Shown: piece by piece, positions 34,979-45,842 of the stretch
Position numbering within the stretch: the first letter of the stretch is position 1
Layout: each line of letters starts with the position of its first letter
NCBI GenBank assembly: GCA_913020725.1
Contig: CAJWCD010000008.1
Location: 1-49,425 of the forward strand
Length of the DNA: 49,425 nt
Reading direction: 5' to 3'
Source: an uncultured Pseudomonadota bacterium
GTDB lineage: Bacteria; SAR324; NAC60-12
Notes under the pieces: model-generated
Told to the model about the DNA's origin: nothing
Database searches by the model: none
The model's input: only the letters and a program-made list of their open reading frames with translations
Translations under genes and position numbers: made by a program

Positions 34979-35380
34979 CTAGCCGGACTGTTCTGGAATT
35001 TCAATTTTGGCGGGCAAGTCATCGGCAGGCCACCACGGCAGGCGGGTGGAGGTCGAGACATGCCGGACGGGAGCAAACTGCTCCGGGTTTTGCAGAGTGG
35101 AGACGGTAAGATCGAGATCGTCCGGATGCTTGGTCGCGCAAAATGCGAGCGGCGAACCGCAAGTGCCGCAGAAGTAACGGGTGCCGTGATCCGAGGACTG
35201 AAATTTTTGAGGCGCGTCCCCGGTCCAGTGGCATTCATTGCGCGAGACGGTCATCCACGGAACAGCGGCGGTCTCCGATGCACGGCGGCACATCGTACAA
35301 TGGCACCAGACGATATCCTTGTTGAGTGAATCCACACGGTAGGTGGTTTTTCCGCAGAGGCAACTTCCAGTTTTGGTCAT
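34979..35380 (-). CDS. GFA/CENP-V family protein
   Basis: GSCLCG, CHCTMCRR and FCGTCGSPL. Confidence 0.92.
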   Translation of the reverse strand: MTKTGSCLCGKTTYRVDSLNKDIVWCHCTMCRRASETAAVPWMTVSRNECHWTGDAPQKFQSSDHGTRYFCGTCGSPLAFCATKHPDDLDLTVSTLQNPEQFAPVRHVSTSTRLPWWPADDLPAKIEIPEQSG

Positions 35381-38300
35381 TTGGATTTCTTGTCAGGGGT
35401 GCCGTAGCCGCCGCCGCCGGGTGTTTCGATGCGGAAGCGTTCTCCGGCTTCGGCGTGGATTTCGTTCTTGCCACCGAGGGAAAGCGTGGTGCCGTCCTTG
35501 CGCAGGAAAAGATTGCGCCCACAGGTTCCGGGTTCCCCTCCGTCAAGTCCGTAGGGCGCGTACACTCGGCGTTCGGAGAGGATCGCCGCATTGAGCGGTT
35601 CCAGAAACTCAACTTCCCGGACCAGTCCGTCGCCGCCTCGGAATTTTCCGTCACCACCCGTGCCTTGGCGGATGGAGAACTCGCGGAGCATCACGGGAAA
35701 GCGCCGCTCCAGAATTTCTGGATCGGTGATGCGCGTGTTGGTCATGTGGGTGTGGACTCCGGACTGCCCATGCCATGAGGCTCCAGCTCCCGCGCCTCCG
35801 CCGATGGTTTCGTAGTAGCCGAAGTGTTCGTTACCGAAGGTGAAGTTGTTGGTGCAACCCTGTGAGGCGGCACAGGCGTGAAAGGCACGGAGGATGACAT
35901 CGGTGACACGCTGCGAAGTGAGAACATTGCCGCCAACCACTGCCGCATGTTCCGAGGGTGAAAGCAGGGTGCCCTCCGGAACAATCACTTTGATGGGGTT
36001 CAGGCAACCTTGATTGAGCGGAATATCTTGTGGGATGAGGCAGCGCAGGCCGTAGAGGATTGCAGAATTCGTGACCGCCCGAGGCGCATTGAGATTGCCC
36101 CAAAGCTCCGGACCCGTGCCGGTGAAATCAAACACCGCGCTGCCATCCCGACGGTCAATGGTGATTTTCAGCACGATGGGGCTGCCGTCATCGAGAAAAT
36201 CCTGCGCCGAAAGTGAATCCACCTTCTTGAGCCCTTCGCGTTCCGACAAGTCCGTGAGCATCTGACGCACCGCTGCTTCCGCATTGGCCTGAATGTGCTG
36301 CATGTACGCCTGCACCACGTCGAGCGAGTAATGCTCCACCATCTCCAGCAAGAGATCAATGCCGCGTTGATTGGCAGCGACCTGCGCCTTGAGATCAGAG
36401 AGATTATCGGAAAGCTGTCGCGCTCCGCTCATGGACGCTTCGCCCGGACCTCGTGGCAGTGTGCCGGGTTCGAGCAGCAACTCGGTGATGCCCTCTTCGT
36501 TGAACACGCCGTTTTCCACGAGTTTGAAGCTCTTGATGCACACACCCTCTTCGAGGAGCTTGCGGGAGAACGGAGGCATGGAGCCGGGAGAAATACCACC
36601 GATGTCCGCATGATGCCCCCGACTGGCGATGAAAAAAATCGGGTGTCCGTCGCGCCACACTGGAGTGATGACCGTGATATCCGGAAGGTGGCTCCCCCCG
36701 GCAATGGGGTGGTTGGAAACCAGCACATCACCTTCCCGGAGTTGATTGCCCTGGAGTTCAATCTGCCGTCGCACAGCATCGCTCATGGCTCCAAGATGCA
36801 CGGGAACATGCGGAGCGTTAGCGACCAAACCTCCGGATTCGTCAAAAATCGCGCAGGAGAAATCGAGGCGTTCCTTGATGTTGGTCGAAATCGCGGTGCG
36901 CTGGAGCGTGCGGCCCATCTGCTCTGCGATGGACATGAAGAGGTTGCTGAAGATGGACAGCTGGATCGGGTCCGATTCGGTGCCGATCTCAAGTTGGGTT
37001 TTGGTTTCAACGGTGATGACGACATCGCCGAATTCAGTGATTTCAGCAAAGCATCCGGGTTCGATGAGGATCGTTGAGGTGTCCTGCATGAGAATCGCCG
37101 GGCCGTCGAGCCGTTGCCCAGCGCCGAGTTGATCGAGCAGGAAAATCGGCGTGTCGTGCCAGCCGCTCTCAAAGTAGCAACGAGTTTGGCTGTCGGGTTG
37201 CGGCGTTCCGGATTTGTTGGCAATCGGGAACTTTTGCAAGCTCGGAGAGTTAGCGGTCACCCGCACCCGCACGTCGTCCACCAAAATGTCGCGGTTGACG
37301 AGTTCAAAACCGAATTCGCGGCGGTAGATTTCCCGGAACGCTTGGCCGTAGTCCGGGAATGACCCTGCCGAAGATTGCAGTTCCGGGCTCGAATTGGCAA
37401 AGCCCAGACTGCAATTGGTTAGTTCTGCGTTGTAAGTTAACGACTCCGGTTCCGGAATCATCAATGCGGTGTCGGTACCCTGATAGCGCAGATTGAGGAA
37501 ACGTTTGCTCTCGATTTGGCTTTGAGGGTAACCCTGTTGAAGTAATGCGTTTGTGGCTACTGTGTTCAGCGAATTGAGTCGTGCCGATAATGTTGATTTG
37601 GTGTCGGCATCATAAACCAACGCGGCGGGTTCCTGCCGTTCCTCCACAATGTTGGCGAGTCCCATGCCGTAAGCCGAGAGGACGCCGGCGAAGCGATGGA
37701 TGAAGATGCGTGAGATGCCAAGTTCGCGGGCAATGGCGCAGGCGTGTTGGCCTCCGGCTCCGCCGAAACAGGCGAGGACATGTTCCTTAGTGTCGAACCC
37801 GCGCATCACAGAAATTTCACGGATGGGCCGCACCATCACTTCGTTGGCGACGCGGACGAAGCCTAACGCGACCTGCTCTGCACTCATTTCTGGAAGTCCG
37901 CGTTCACGGGAGTGAGCGTTGATTGTCGCAGTCAGTTTTGCAAAGGCACTGCGAGTGGCTTCGACATCAAGCGCTTGATCTTCGGTGGGGCCGAAGATTT
38001 TTGGAAAGTAGCCCGGATGCAATCGTCCGAGGATAAGATTGGCATCGGTGATGGCGAGGTGTCCGTGTTTGCGATAGCAGGCCGGGCCGGGGTGCGCCCC
38101 CGCCGATTCTGGACCGACCTCGAAGAGTCCATTCCGGAAGAAAAGTCGGGAACCACCACCTGCGGCCACGGTCTTGATGTGCATTTGCGGCGCTTGAATG
38201 CGAACTCCGGCGGTTTCGGTTTCGTGCGTCAGTTCGTAGTCAGTGCCGTAGCGCGACACATCAGTGGAGGTGCCGCCCATATCGAAACCGATAATCGGCA

Positions 38301-39252
38301 GTTGGCGGTTGAAGTTCTTAATTGACGTCGTCCGAGCGTACCCCACCACGCCGCCTGCAGGTCCGGAGAGGATCGCGTTGCTGCCCTTGAAGTGATCGGC
38401 GTCGGTGAGTCCGCCATCGGACTGCATGAACAAGAGTTGTGAGCTTTCCAGCCCGTCCGAAAATCCCGCCCGGAAGCTGTCGAGGTAGTTGCGGATGTGC
38501 GGGGTGAGGTAGGCGTCCACGGTTGTGGTATCGCCACGGGCGACCATCTTGACCATCGGCATGACCTCATGCGAAAGTGAAATCTGTGTGAAGCCGATCT
38601 CTCTGGCGAGTTCCCCAAGCCACTGTTCGTGGTCCGGAACCGCATAAGCGTGCGTGAAGACGACAGCAAGTGCGCGGATTCCGGAATCATAAACCTCCTG
38701 AAGTTTTGGACGAATCACATCCAAATCTGGTTTTGCCAAGACCACAAATTGCTCGCCTGTTGTTCCTTCAATGATTTCTAGCCTCGTGTCTTCGGCCTTC
38801 TCCCTATTACCTTCTGCCTCTTTTTTTTGCAGCAACCGCACACGTTCTTCGACTTCAATCACCTGCTCATAGAGCAAATCCAGTTTCCGGATTTCCAGAT
38901 CAAAGAGTTTGGGTCGAGTTTGGTTGCCAATCTGGAGCAAATCCCGGAAACCCTGCGTGATCACCAATGCCGTGCGTGCCCCCTTGCGTTCCAGCAAGGC
39001 GTTGGTGGCAACGGTCGTTCCCATGCGAATCCACTCGACTGCTGCGGCAGAAAAGCTCTCCTTCGGGAAGGCCTTTCCGGTGACTTCCTCCAAAATGCGA
39101 CGGATGCCCTCGCGGGGCGCGTCTGGGTAGTTCTGCGGGTCTTCAGAAAGCAGCTTGACCACCCGGAATTCCGGCTTGCCCGGAACCTCGGCATAAACAT
39201 CGGTGAAGGTTCCACCTCGGTCAATGGAGAAACGAAAGGTGGATTGGGTCAT
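35377..39252 (-). CDS. oplA: Fused ATP-dependent 5-oxoprolinase (hydantoinase A+B)
   Basis: [48 protein letters not shown] and ETPGGGGYG; 1291 aa. Confidence 0.93.
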   Translation of the reverse strand: MTQSTFRFSIDRGGTFTDVYAEVPGKPEFRVVKLLSEDPQNYPDAPREGIRRILEEVTGKAFPKESFSAAAVEWIRMGTTVATNALLERKGARTALVITQGFRDLLQIGNQTRPKLFDLEIRKLDLLYEQVIEVEERVRLLQKKEAEGNREKAEDTRLEIIEGTTGEQFVVLAKPDLDVIRPKLQEVYDSGIRALAVVFTHAYAVPDHEQWLGELAREIGFTQISLSHEVMPMVKMVARGDTTTVDAYLTPHIRNYLDSFRAGFSDGLESSQLLFMQSDGGLTDADHFKGSNAILSGPAGGVVGYARTTSIKNFNRQLPIIGFDMGGTSTDVSRYGTDYELTHETETAGVRIQAPQMHIKTVAAGGGSRLFFRNGLFEVGPESAGAHPGPACYRKHGHLAITDANLILGRLHPGYFPKIFGPTEDQALDVEATRSAFAKLTATINAHSRERGLPEMSAEQVALGFVRVANEVMVRPIREISVMRGFDTKEHVLACFGGAGGQHACAIARELGISRIFIHRFAGVLSAYGMGLANIVEERQEPAALVYDADTKSTLSARLNSLNTVATNALLQQGYPQSQIESKRFLNLRYQGTDTALMIPEPESLTYNAELTNCSLGFANSSPELQSSAGSFPDYGQAFREIYRREFGFELVNRDILVDDVRVRVTANSPSLQKFPIANKSGTPQPDSQTRCYFESGWHDTPIFLLDQLGAGQRLDGPAILMQDTSTILIEPGCFAEITEFGDVVITVETKTQLEIGTESDPIQLSIFSNLFMSIAEQMGRTLQRTAISTNIKERLDFSCAIFDESGGLVANAPHVPVHLGAMSDAVRRQIELQGNQLREGDVLVSNHPIAGGSHLPDITVITPVWRDGHPIFFIASRGHHADIGGISPGSMPPFSRKLLEEGVCIKSFKLVENGVFNEEGITELLLEPGTLPRGPGEASMSGARQLSDNLSDLKAQVAANQRGIDLLLEMVEHYSLDVVQAYMQHIQANAEAAVRQMLTDLSEREGLKKVDSLSAQDFLDDGSPIVLKITIDRRDGSAVFDFTGTGPELWGNLNAPRAVTNSAILYGLRCLIPQDIPLNQGCLNPIKVIVPEGTLLSPSEHAAVVGGNVLTSQRVTDVILRAFHACAASQGCTNNFTFGNEHFGYYETIGGGAGAGASWHGQSGVHTHMTNTRITDPEILERRFPVMLREFSIRQGTGGDGKFRGGDGLVREVEFLEPLNAAILSERRVYAPYGLDGGEPGTCGRNLFLRKDGTTLSLGGKNEIHAEAGERFRIETPGGGGYGTPDKKSK

Positions 39253-39278
39253 GTTTGAAAACTTTGGATAGAACAGGT

Positions 39279-39599
39279 TCAGGGAATGTCAATTTCTTGG
39301 TATTTGGTCTCAGCAACCTGATTGATCGCTTTAGTGATCTCGTCCAATACACGCTGCATTCGAGGCCAAGAAATTGAAGTCAGCACGACGATGGAAATCT
39401 GACGATCGCTCAAGTTTTACTGGTATTGGAGATTTTGGTCTGTCGTGACCAACACGTCAAACCCCTCAGATTCTGCTGCGGTGAGCAAGTCTCCATTCGA
39501 CAGGGCATCCCACTGTTGCTCATAGGCTGTACTTACCTGATGTTCCAAGTGCTTCCTCAGTGGAACCGGAGTTCCCTGATCGAAGAGAATTTTCAGCAA
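39279..39599 (-). pseudogene. DUF5615 PIN-like toxin with nonsense mutation
   Basis: KILFDQG...NGDLL...FDVLVTTDQNLQYQ*NLSDRQISIVVL...EIDIP; in-frame TAA at 39417-39419. Confidence 0.85.
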
Positions 39600-39823
39600 G
39601 CGGTGCGAGGCTTCAGCAAGGCAACCTCATGTTCAAGAACAGACTCAATGAACTGTGGGGGAACTCCGGGAAACCACTCCAGAAAGTCCTCAACGCTTGC
39701 GCCGTCTCGAAGGTTTTCAAACAGTGCGCGAATGGGAATGCGAGTTGCGCGAAACACAAGTTCTCCGGAGCAGACATTGGGATGTTGCTCGACGGCGCTA
39801 CCGTCTTTCCAAAGCTCGTTTAG
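39593..39823 (-). pseudogene. DUF433 antitoxin lacking an in-frame start codon
   Basis: LWKDGSAVEQHPNVCSGELVFRATRIPIRALFENLRDGASVEDFLEWFPGV; no ATG/GTG/TTG between the upstream stop and the domain. Confidence 0.78.
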
Positions 39824-39847
39824 TGCATGATTTCATGTACGACAGAA

Positions 39848-40912
39848 TCAAAAATAAACCGTGAAGGCAACGTGCCCTTGGTGGAGCGCGGTCACTTCCG
39901 GAGAGATCTTGCGCAATTCCTTGAGGTTCTTGTCGTAGAGGGTGAAGCGACGGTCCATACTGTTTCCGGAACCCACCCCAAGGGTGATGTTTCCGAAGAG
40001 GTGGTAGTTGATGCGCAAGAGTTGCCGGAACTGTTCTGAGCGCAGCACTGTGCTGTTCCACGGATTTGATTGGCTTAAACGATAGTAGCTTGATTCCTTC
40101 TCCAATTCCAGCAAGAGCGACCAGCGGTGAGCGAAAAACGCGAACAGCGAGAACTTGCGAGGATAAATCAGTTCCAGCGCAATGTTGGAATTTGATGCCA
40201 GATCGTAGCTGAAGTAGGGATACACGGGCTGGTCGTAGTAGCCCGGAACGTGGATGAAACCGAGGGACCATGCGGAATTTGAGGAAATCGACTCAAACTG
40301 AGCAAGGGGAATCCAATCCCCCAACACGCCGAGAAACGCCTGCCGAAATGCTCCAATGCTGAGGCGGTTGCTGGATTTGCGGTTCAGCGTGAACAGCAGC
40401 GACATGAAGGTGTGGAAATCCGCCGAACTCACATCCTTCGTGTCAGAAGCCAGTGCAGACCCACCCCGGAGTTGCAGCCGGGTGCTGCCAATGCCCAGCG
40501 GCAAGTAGACAAACCAGCCGCGCTCCTGAAGTGTGGCCGGGAGGTCGGAGCCGGAGGCTGAAACTGTGAGATTGTCGGAAAGCGCTGAGGCCAGCGCGGT
40601 GTTGCCCTCGTAGCTGAGTAGGTTGAGATCGTCGTAGGCATAGAGGAAGTAGAGGTTGACAGACCTGCGGCGTGTGGTGAGTCCAAGGCGGCTGCCGTCA
40701 ATGGTCGTGCTGTTGTTGTCCCGTACCGTGGTGCTGGAGAGCGTTTCCTCCTCATAGGTCAACACCTCGTCCGGACGTGCGGAGCCGAGCTTGAGCAAGG
40801 CTTGGGCGGAAAGCGGAGAGGCCAGTCCGACACAGAGTGCAAGTGCGAGAACGAACCGAAAATCTCTCCTGCCCCCCCTTTGCGAAAGGGGGGAATGTTT
40901 CATCCAAGTCAT
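39848..40912 (-). CDS. Putative outer-membrane beta-barrel protein
   Basis: Signal peptide (LSA-Q), amphipathic strands and C-terminal VAFTVYF. Confidence 0.6.
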   Translation of the reverse strand: MTWMKHSPLSQRGGRRDFRFVLALALCVGLASPLSAQALLKLGSARPDEVLTYEEETLSSTTVRDNNSTTIDGSRLGLTTRRRSVNLYFLYAYDDLNLLSYEGNTALASALSDNLTVSASGSDLPATLQERGWFVYLPLGIGSTRLQLRGGSALASDTKDVSSADFHTFMSLLFTLNRKSSNRLSIGAFRQAFLGVLGDWIPLAQFESISSNSAWSLGFIHVPGYYDQPVYPYFSYDLASNSNIALELIYPRKFSLFAFFAHRWSLLLELEKESSYYRLSQSNPWNSTVLRSEQFRQLLRINYHLFGNITLGVGSGNSMDRRFTLYDKNLKELRKISPEVTALHQGHVAFTVYF

Positions 40913-41925
40913 GGTTTGGTTTTTCCGGATTTGGGTTCCGGTTCAGAGGAGGCAGGAGGTTTTGCTGCTGGCGCCGCAGGCGGAGTGCCCCAACGCCGCA
41001 CCGTGTCCCGGATGAGTTCGAGTTGCGCGAGGACGGATTCCTGCTGTTTGGCCGTGAGCCGCAGCCACGGTTCGGCGATGGCGTCTTGCAAGCTTTTGAG
41101 TCGCTGGCGCTGCTGGGGTTGCGCGTCGTTGGGCAGGCGCATCACCGCAGGGTGGAAATCTGGAAGTCGGCGTTTTAGTTCGGCAAGCTGGAGTTCGTGG
41201 AAGTTCCACTGAAACAGTGTGGCAATGCGGCGCAACAGGGCGGCATCCGGATTCGTCACGCCGCTTTCGAGGTCTGCCAGAAACTCCGGGCTGATTTCGA
41301 GCAGAATCGAAAGCCCGTCCAATGTTTGCCCCACCGCTTCACGCTGCTCCTGAATTCGTGTTCCCAGCGCAGGTCCGGGTGCAGGAGCCAGAGCCGTTTC
41401 TGTCGTTTCCGGAGGTGTGCTGTCGGTTGGCCTCTGGAACAACATGGCGGCGTTGCGGTTGATGAGTCGCTGCCGGACGTGACGGTAGTTCCAGTGGAAG
41501 AGCGAACAAATCTGCTGGAGCAGGTCGTCGCTCGGGGTGAGTCCTTGTTCAATCGAGAGGTAGAACTGCGAGTCGATGCCCAGCAGAGTGGCCACGCCTT
41601 CCGGAGACTGCCCCACCGTTTCCCGTGCTTCCCGCAACATCTCTGAGAATTTGGGTGGGAGGCCAGACTGTAGAAGTTTAGGCGGGGGGCTTGGAGCTTG
41701 GGACTCAGCGGGTTCTCCGGTGGATTGCAGAGCACTGCGCTTGGTGTCCTGAAAGTTCCACTCGAAGAGCGAGCAGAGCCGTTCAAGGACATCATCCGGA
41801 GGAATCCAGTCCTCCTCCAGTCGTGCATAGTCCTCCGGTGGCATTCCCAACAGCAACGCCAGTCCCTCCACGCTCTGGTTCACCGAGTTCCGGAATTCCC
41901 GGACCATCTCGTTCAGTTTCGCCAT
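40909..41925 (-). CDS. Protein with three tandem XRE-type HTH domains
   Basis: Three repeats of R..VGQS.EG.A.LLG......LE....P...LL..I..LF.WN. Confidence 0.82.
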   Translation of the reverse strand: MAKLNEMVREFRNSVNQSVEGLALLLGMPPEDYARLEEDWIPPDDVLERLCSLFEWNFQDTKRSALQSTGEPAESQAPSPPPKLLQSGLPPKFSEMLREARETVGQSPEGVATLLGIDSQFYLSIEQGLTPSDDLLQQICSLFHWNYRHVRQRLINRNAAMLFQRPTDSTPPETTETALAPAPGPALGTRIQEQREAVGQTLDGLSILLEISPEFLADLESGVTNPDAALLRRIATLFQWNFHELQLAELKRRLPDFHPAVMRLPNDAQPQQRQRLKSLQDAIAEPWLRLTAKQQESVLAQLELIRDTVRRWGTPPAAPAAKPPASSEPEPKSGKTKP

Positions 41926-42043
41926 CCCCGTTTTTGCTACGTTTTTCCCTCAAGTTTTCGGGCGTCCTGCCGATGTCAGAACTGGAACTATGTCCAATCA
42001 CTTCCCCGTCGGTTTGGGGAGCATGGAGTCGTGTGACCAAGAA

Positions 42044-43192
42044 ATGAGGCCAAAGCATATTCTGTTCCTTCTGCTCGGACTGCTAGGGTGGAGTGGTGCG
42101 ACCTTTGCGCGTACGCCAAACACCGGGCTGGGGCCGTTTGAAGTCAGGACGCACTACCCCCTGACGCACCAGTTCCTCGCCGTCCATCCGGAAAGCCCGG
42201 AAACCTTGCCCAGGGGCACGGCAAGACTTTCCTATGGCTACGCGACTGCCAACTCGTTCTACAACACGCAGGCGCCCAGCAAGCAGATCACCACGACCGA
42301 GTTCAAGCGAGGGTTGACGATTGCAGATTTCCTCGACGAGAACGGCAACACAGTGCGCGGCTTCAGCCTCTACCTTGATGTCGAAACCCAACGACATACG
42401 CTCGACTGGCGCTATGGCCTCACGAACTCGCTGGAGCTTTCGTTGCGGATGCCCTTCCTAACCTTTGACGGCGGCTTCATGGACCCCTACATCGAGAAGG
42501 TTCACGACATGATCGGGGTTTCCAATTCCTCTATTGGAGGCGGGTGGCGTGCCTACTCGCCCCGGAACACCTATGCCTTTTATGTGGTCAAGGACGGAGC
42601 GTTTCTTTACGCAAGCGAGGAAACCTTCACGCATGTCGCCGGAGAGCCTTCTGCCGGGTTGAAGTGGAATTTCATCAAAGGCGGGGAGTTGCTGCCCGCC
42701 ATCAGCCTCAAGCTGGAGTACAAGGTAGGCAACACGGATCGCACGGGGATCAAGCAGTTTATCCGCAGTGGTGGCAACGACTGGGGGCACTACCTGCTCT
42801 TCTCAAAAGGCTTCGGCAGTTGGCTGGCGTACTTCGGAGATGGCACCACCCGCATTGACAAAAACAACGGCCTTGCCAGTTCCCTCCGCCACCGCTTCAT
42901 CGCGTTGGAGCATCGCTGGAGCGAGGATTTTTCGCTGGTTTATCAGCAGATGTCACAAACGAGCGTCTTCCCCAAGACGAGTGCAACCCTGCGTGTACAG
43001 GAGGCCAATGTGGTGGGAGTGCAGCAGCAGCGCAACTTTGCGCTCACCATCCCCACCAGCGTGATTGCGATGGGGGCAAAAATGCGCTGGGGTACACAAC
43101 TGCACTGGGATGTGGGTTTCATTCAGGATTACAGCAACTTCCAGAATGAAACGGATTTCGTACTCTTCACCGAGTTGGGGTGGCAATGGTGA
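42044..43192 (+). CDS. DUF3187-like outer-membrane beta-barrel protein
   Basis: Signal peptide; GPFEVR..PL, LDVET, DGGFMDPYIEKVHDMIG and ETDF. Confidence 0.65.
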   Translation: MRPKHILFLLLGLLGWSGATFARTPNTGLGPFEVRTHYPLTHQFLAVHPESPETLPRGTARLSYGYATANSFYNTQAPSKQITTTEFKRGLTIADFLDENGNTVRGFSLYLDVETQRHTLDWRYGLTNSLELSLRMPFLTFDGGFMDPYIEKVHDMIGVSNSSIGGGWRAYSPRNTYAFYVVKDGAFLYASEETFTHVAGEPSAGLKWNFIKGGELLPAISLKLEYKVGNTDRTGIKQFIRSGGNDWGHYLLFSKGFGSWLAYFGDGTTRIDKNNGLASSLRHRFIALEHRWSEDFSLVYQQMSQTSVFPKTSATLRVQEANVVGVQQQRNFALTIPTSVIAMGAKMRWGTQLHWDVGFIQDYSNFQNETDFVLFTELGWQW

Positions 43193-43854
43193 GACGCATC
43201 GGCATGAAACTCGCGCTCCTCGCCGTGTTGGGAGGACTGGTGTTAGCAGCGGCGCCCTCGGCGTGGGCGATCAAGCAGACCTTCCTCTACTTTTCAGCCA
43301 CCTCCGGAATTCAGGACACCGCAAGGGTTGCCCCAGGCATTGGTAAGGGCGAAAGCTACCTCAGCACCATCGCGACCCGCAACGGCACTATGAAGGGCAG
43401 TCGTCAGGTGAAGCCTCTGCAAGTCCGTTTCGATTTCTATCACATCATGAACGGCTGGGCGGCAGGTTTTGGAATCGGCATGTCCACCTATGCCAACAAG
43501 CTGACCTTTGCCGATGGCTCCGAGGTGAGCATCAGTTCCCGTGCGCTCTACTACGGACTCACCTACCACCTGCGTATGGGCGGCATCTACCCCTACTTCG
43601 GCTTTGGCACCGGTAGCCACTACGCACAGGTGCAGGAGTTGGTCAAGATCAACAACGTCTGGTACGCCAGCACCTTCTTTGGGCAAGCTACCAGTCCCGT
43701 TTACTACAACCTTGGCGTGCGCATTCCTTTCGGATCGTGGGGGGTTTTCCTGAACCAACAAGCGACCTCCGCCCCGCTCCTCGCCCCCACCGAAGCAAAG
43801 GTTCTCGAACTCGGAGGCGTCTCCAGCCTGCTCGGATTGTATTGGGGATTTTGA
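43186..43854 (+). CDS. Small outer-membrane beta-barrel protein
   Basis: Signal peptide (AWA); YPYFGFGTG, YNLGVR and terminal GLYWGF. The start could be 43180, 43186 or 43204. Confidence 0.65.
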   Translation: MVRRIGMKLALLAVLGGLVLAAAPSAWAIKQTFLYFSATSGIQDTARVAPGIGKGESYLSTIATRNGTMKGSRQVKPLQVRFDFYHIMNGWAAGFGIGMSTYANKLTFADGSEVSISSRALYYGLTYHLRMGGIYPYFGFGTGSHYAQVQELVKINNVWYASTFFGQATSPVYYNLGVRIPFGSWGVFLNQQATSAPLLAPTEAKVLELGGVSSLLGLYWGF

Positions 43855-43855
43855 G

Positions 43856-44296
43856 TCAAACTCCGGTGCTGCCGAAGCCTCCGGAGCCGCGTTCTGTGGT
43901 TCCCAGCATTTCGACGATTTCGACGGTGCAAGGCTCCAGCCGCCGCACGAGCAGTTGGGCGATGCGCTGTCCAAGCAATTGCTCGGCGGCTTCGACACCA
44001 TCGCCCTTGCCGAGGTGACGGAAGGGCACGAAGATGCGGCCTCGGTAGTCCGGATCAATGACCCCGATGCTGTTGGCAAGCAGGAAATCCGTTTTGATGA
44101 TGCTGGAGCGGGGCACGATTTCAGTGTAGAATCCAGCACTCACCTGCACCGAAACTCCGGTGTCAAAGAAAAAGATGTCGTGGCGTTTTTGCTCAACCGA
44201 CATTGCCGTAAGGTCCAATCCGGCATCGGAAGCGTGTCCCCGCTGAGGGGTGGGCATTCCGGGATAGTGACACTGAATTTTGAGAACTGTGGACAT
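43856..44296 (-). CDS. dut: dUTP diphosphatase
   Basis: DAGLDL, PRSS, GVIDPDYRG, RIAQL and RGSGGFGSTG. Confidence 0.97.
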   Translation of the reverse strand: MSTVLKIQCHYPGMPTPQRGHASDAGLDLTAMSVEQKRHDIFFFDTGVSVQVSAGFYTEIVPRSSIIKTDFLLANSIGVIDPDYRGRIFVPFRHLGKGDGVEAAEQLLGQRIAQLLVRRLEPCTVEIVEMLGTTERGSGGFGSTGV

Positions 44297-44361
44297 TTCG
44301 TGTTTTGAGTGCAGTGTTCCCTTCGCACCCTAGCGGCTTTTGCTGAAACTGCAAGCATCCC

Positions 44362-45657
44362 ATGCTCCAAACTCCTGTTGAGACCGCCTTAGCCTTGGAA
44401 GCTGCTGGACGGTTCCGCTTGGCGACCGTTGTGCGACAACATGGGGGAACCACACTTGCCGATTATGCAAAATCCCTCTGGACGACGCCCCGTCATTTTC
44501 CTGAACTGGAGCCGGAATTGCTCGCAGCACTGACTGCGGAGTTCCGTCGTTTGAATGCAGAAGCGTCACAAGCTCAGGATTGGCTGGCCTCCTTGCAACG
44601 CACCCGAACCCTGCAAACCGCCACGCACCTCACAGCTTCGGAAGGGCCAACTTTTTTGGCACTGCACCGTTTGGCTCTCTCCGGACTGCCGCAGGGCGAG
44701 AGCTACTTGATCGGTGCGTATTCAGGGGTTCCCTTCGCCAATGCAGCATGGTCCGGATGCCTCAATCTGGATGGACGGTTTCCATTAGAAAATGTGGTTG
44801 CTCCGCAAGCTCCGGGATTTGCGGAGTTGCGCCGAGCCGACGCGGACCGTGCCCGCGACGGGGGCGAACGCCGCCTCTCGCTGATCTCCGGAAACTGGCG
44901 CGATGCGCGGGTGGGTGACTCACCGATTCCGGAAAAGCTCTCGTTGCTTTGGCCACACCTCACCGAGATCGTGCGTGGTTTGGCTCCGGAGCCTGTCTGT
45001 GGCGAGCCGTTTTCGACATGGGCGAATCGTTTTGCTGCGGAACAGATGCGTAAGTTGCATCCGGAAGCGGACCTTGTTTACTTCGAGCTCAACGAGGTCA
45101 TTCGCGAGTACCTGCTTGCCGTCTTGCCCAACCCGGACCATGCGCTGCACCGGATGCACTTTGACATGGAGTGTCGGGTGCGAGCAGAAAGAGCGTTTCC
45201 GGAAGTCCCGTGGTACACGATTCCAGCGGAACAGCAAGGCCGCAAGCGCATGGAAGTCCTACGTTGTGAGCAGGGAGAACTGCGGGGACGGACCGTGACG
45301 ATGCCCTTGACGCTTGCTGTGGTGCTGGAGGGCTTGCGGGCAAAAACACTGAGTCCGGCGCTGCTCCCGCTGTACACCGCGCTGGTGCCGTGCAACGGAC
45401 TCACCTGCTTCGGCAGTTTTGAACAGGTTGAGTATCTTGACAAGTACCGCAACGGGTGGGCTGCGTTGGAGTTGTTTGATCGGGAAAGGCTCGCCACAAT
45501 CCGCACCGCTGCCCTGACATGTGGACGTTGTCTCGACACCTCCGGGACTCCAGTGCATCCACTGGATTTGCTGCTTGATCGGGAAATCGAGCTGGCCCCC
45601 TTCAGCACCCTGCTGGAACTGATCATTCCGCTCTTGCCCCGGCTTGGCGTCCGCTGA
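44362..45657 (+). CDS. Hypothetical protein
   Basis: 431-aa ORF filling the gap, divergent from dut; no family recognised. Confidence 0.7.
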   Translation: MLQTPVETALALEAAGRFRLATVVRQHGGTTLADYAKSLWTTPRHFPELEPELLAALTAEFRRLNAEASQAQDWLASLQRTRTLQTATHLTASEGPTFLALHRLALSGLPQGESYLIGAYSGVPFANAAWSGCLNLDGRFPLENVVAPQAPGFAELRRADADRARDGGERRLSLISGNWRDARVGDSPIPEKLSLLWPHLTEIVRGLAPEPVCGEPFSTWANRFAAEQMRKLHPEADLVYFELNEVIREYLLAVLPNPDHALHRMHFDMECRVRAERAFPEVPWYTIPAEQQGRKRMEVLRCEQGELRGRTVTMPLTLAVVLEGLRAKTLSPALLPLYTALVPCNGLTCFGSFEQVEYLDKYRNGWAALELFDRERLATIRTAALTCGRCLDTSGTPVHPLDLLLDREIELAPFSTLLELIIPLLPRLGVR

Positions 45658-45745
45658 GAAAATGACATTGCTATCACAAAAAAGTCAAATCGAGTGGGTC
45701 AAATCTGGAACTGGACTTATGACATCAGATAGCATAAAAACAGCA

Positions 45746-45789
45746 CGCGGATTCAACCCGCCTGTTGCACTTACGAGTTGAATCCGCGT
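45746..45789. repeat. Palindrome containing third copy of the ~25-bp repeat
   Basis: ACGCGGATTCAAC...GTTGAATCCGCGT perfect 13-bp arms, between convergent genes. Confidence 0.7.
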
Positions 45790-45842
45790 ATACCGTTCAC
45801 CCCACCGACGGAGCGTTAGTGGGTGATTCCATAAGAGTCAGG

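Noticed and set aside
211..39599. In-frame stops as evidence of stop-codon recoding
   Set aside because: Both TAA and TAG are involved, frameshifts co-occur, and intact genes end in TAA, TAG and TGA; this is ordinary pseudogenisation.
45752..45784. ATTCAAC...GTTGAAT resembling integron attC R boxes
   Set aside because: Only 33 bp, far shorter than attC sites; no L boxes, cassette array or integrase.
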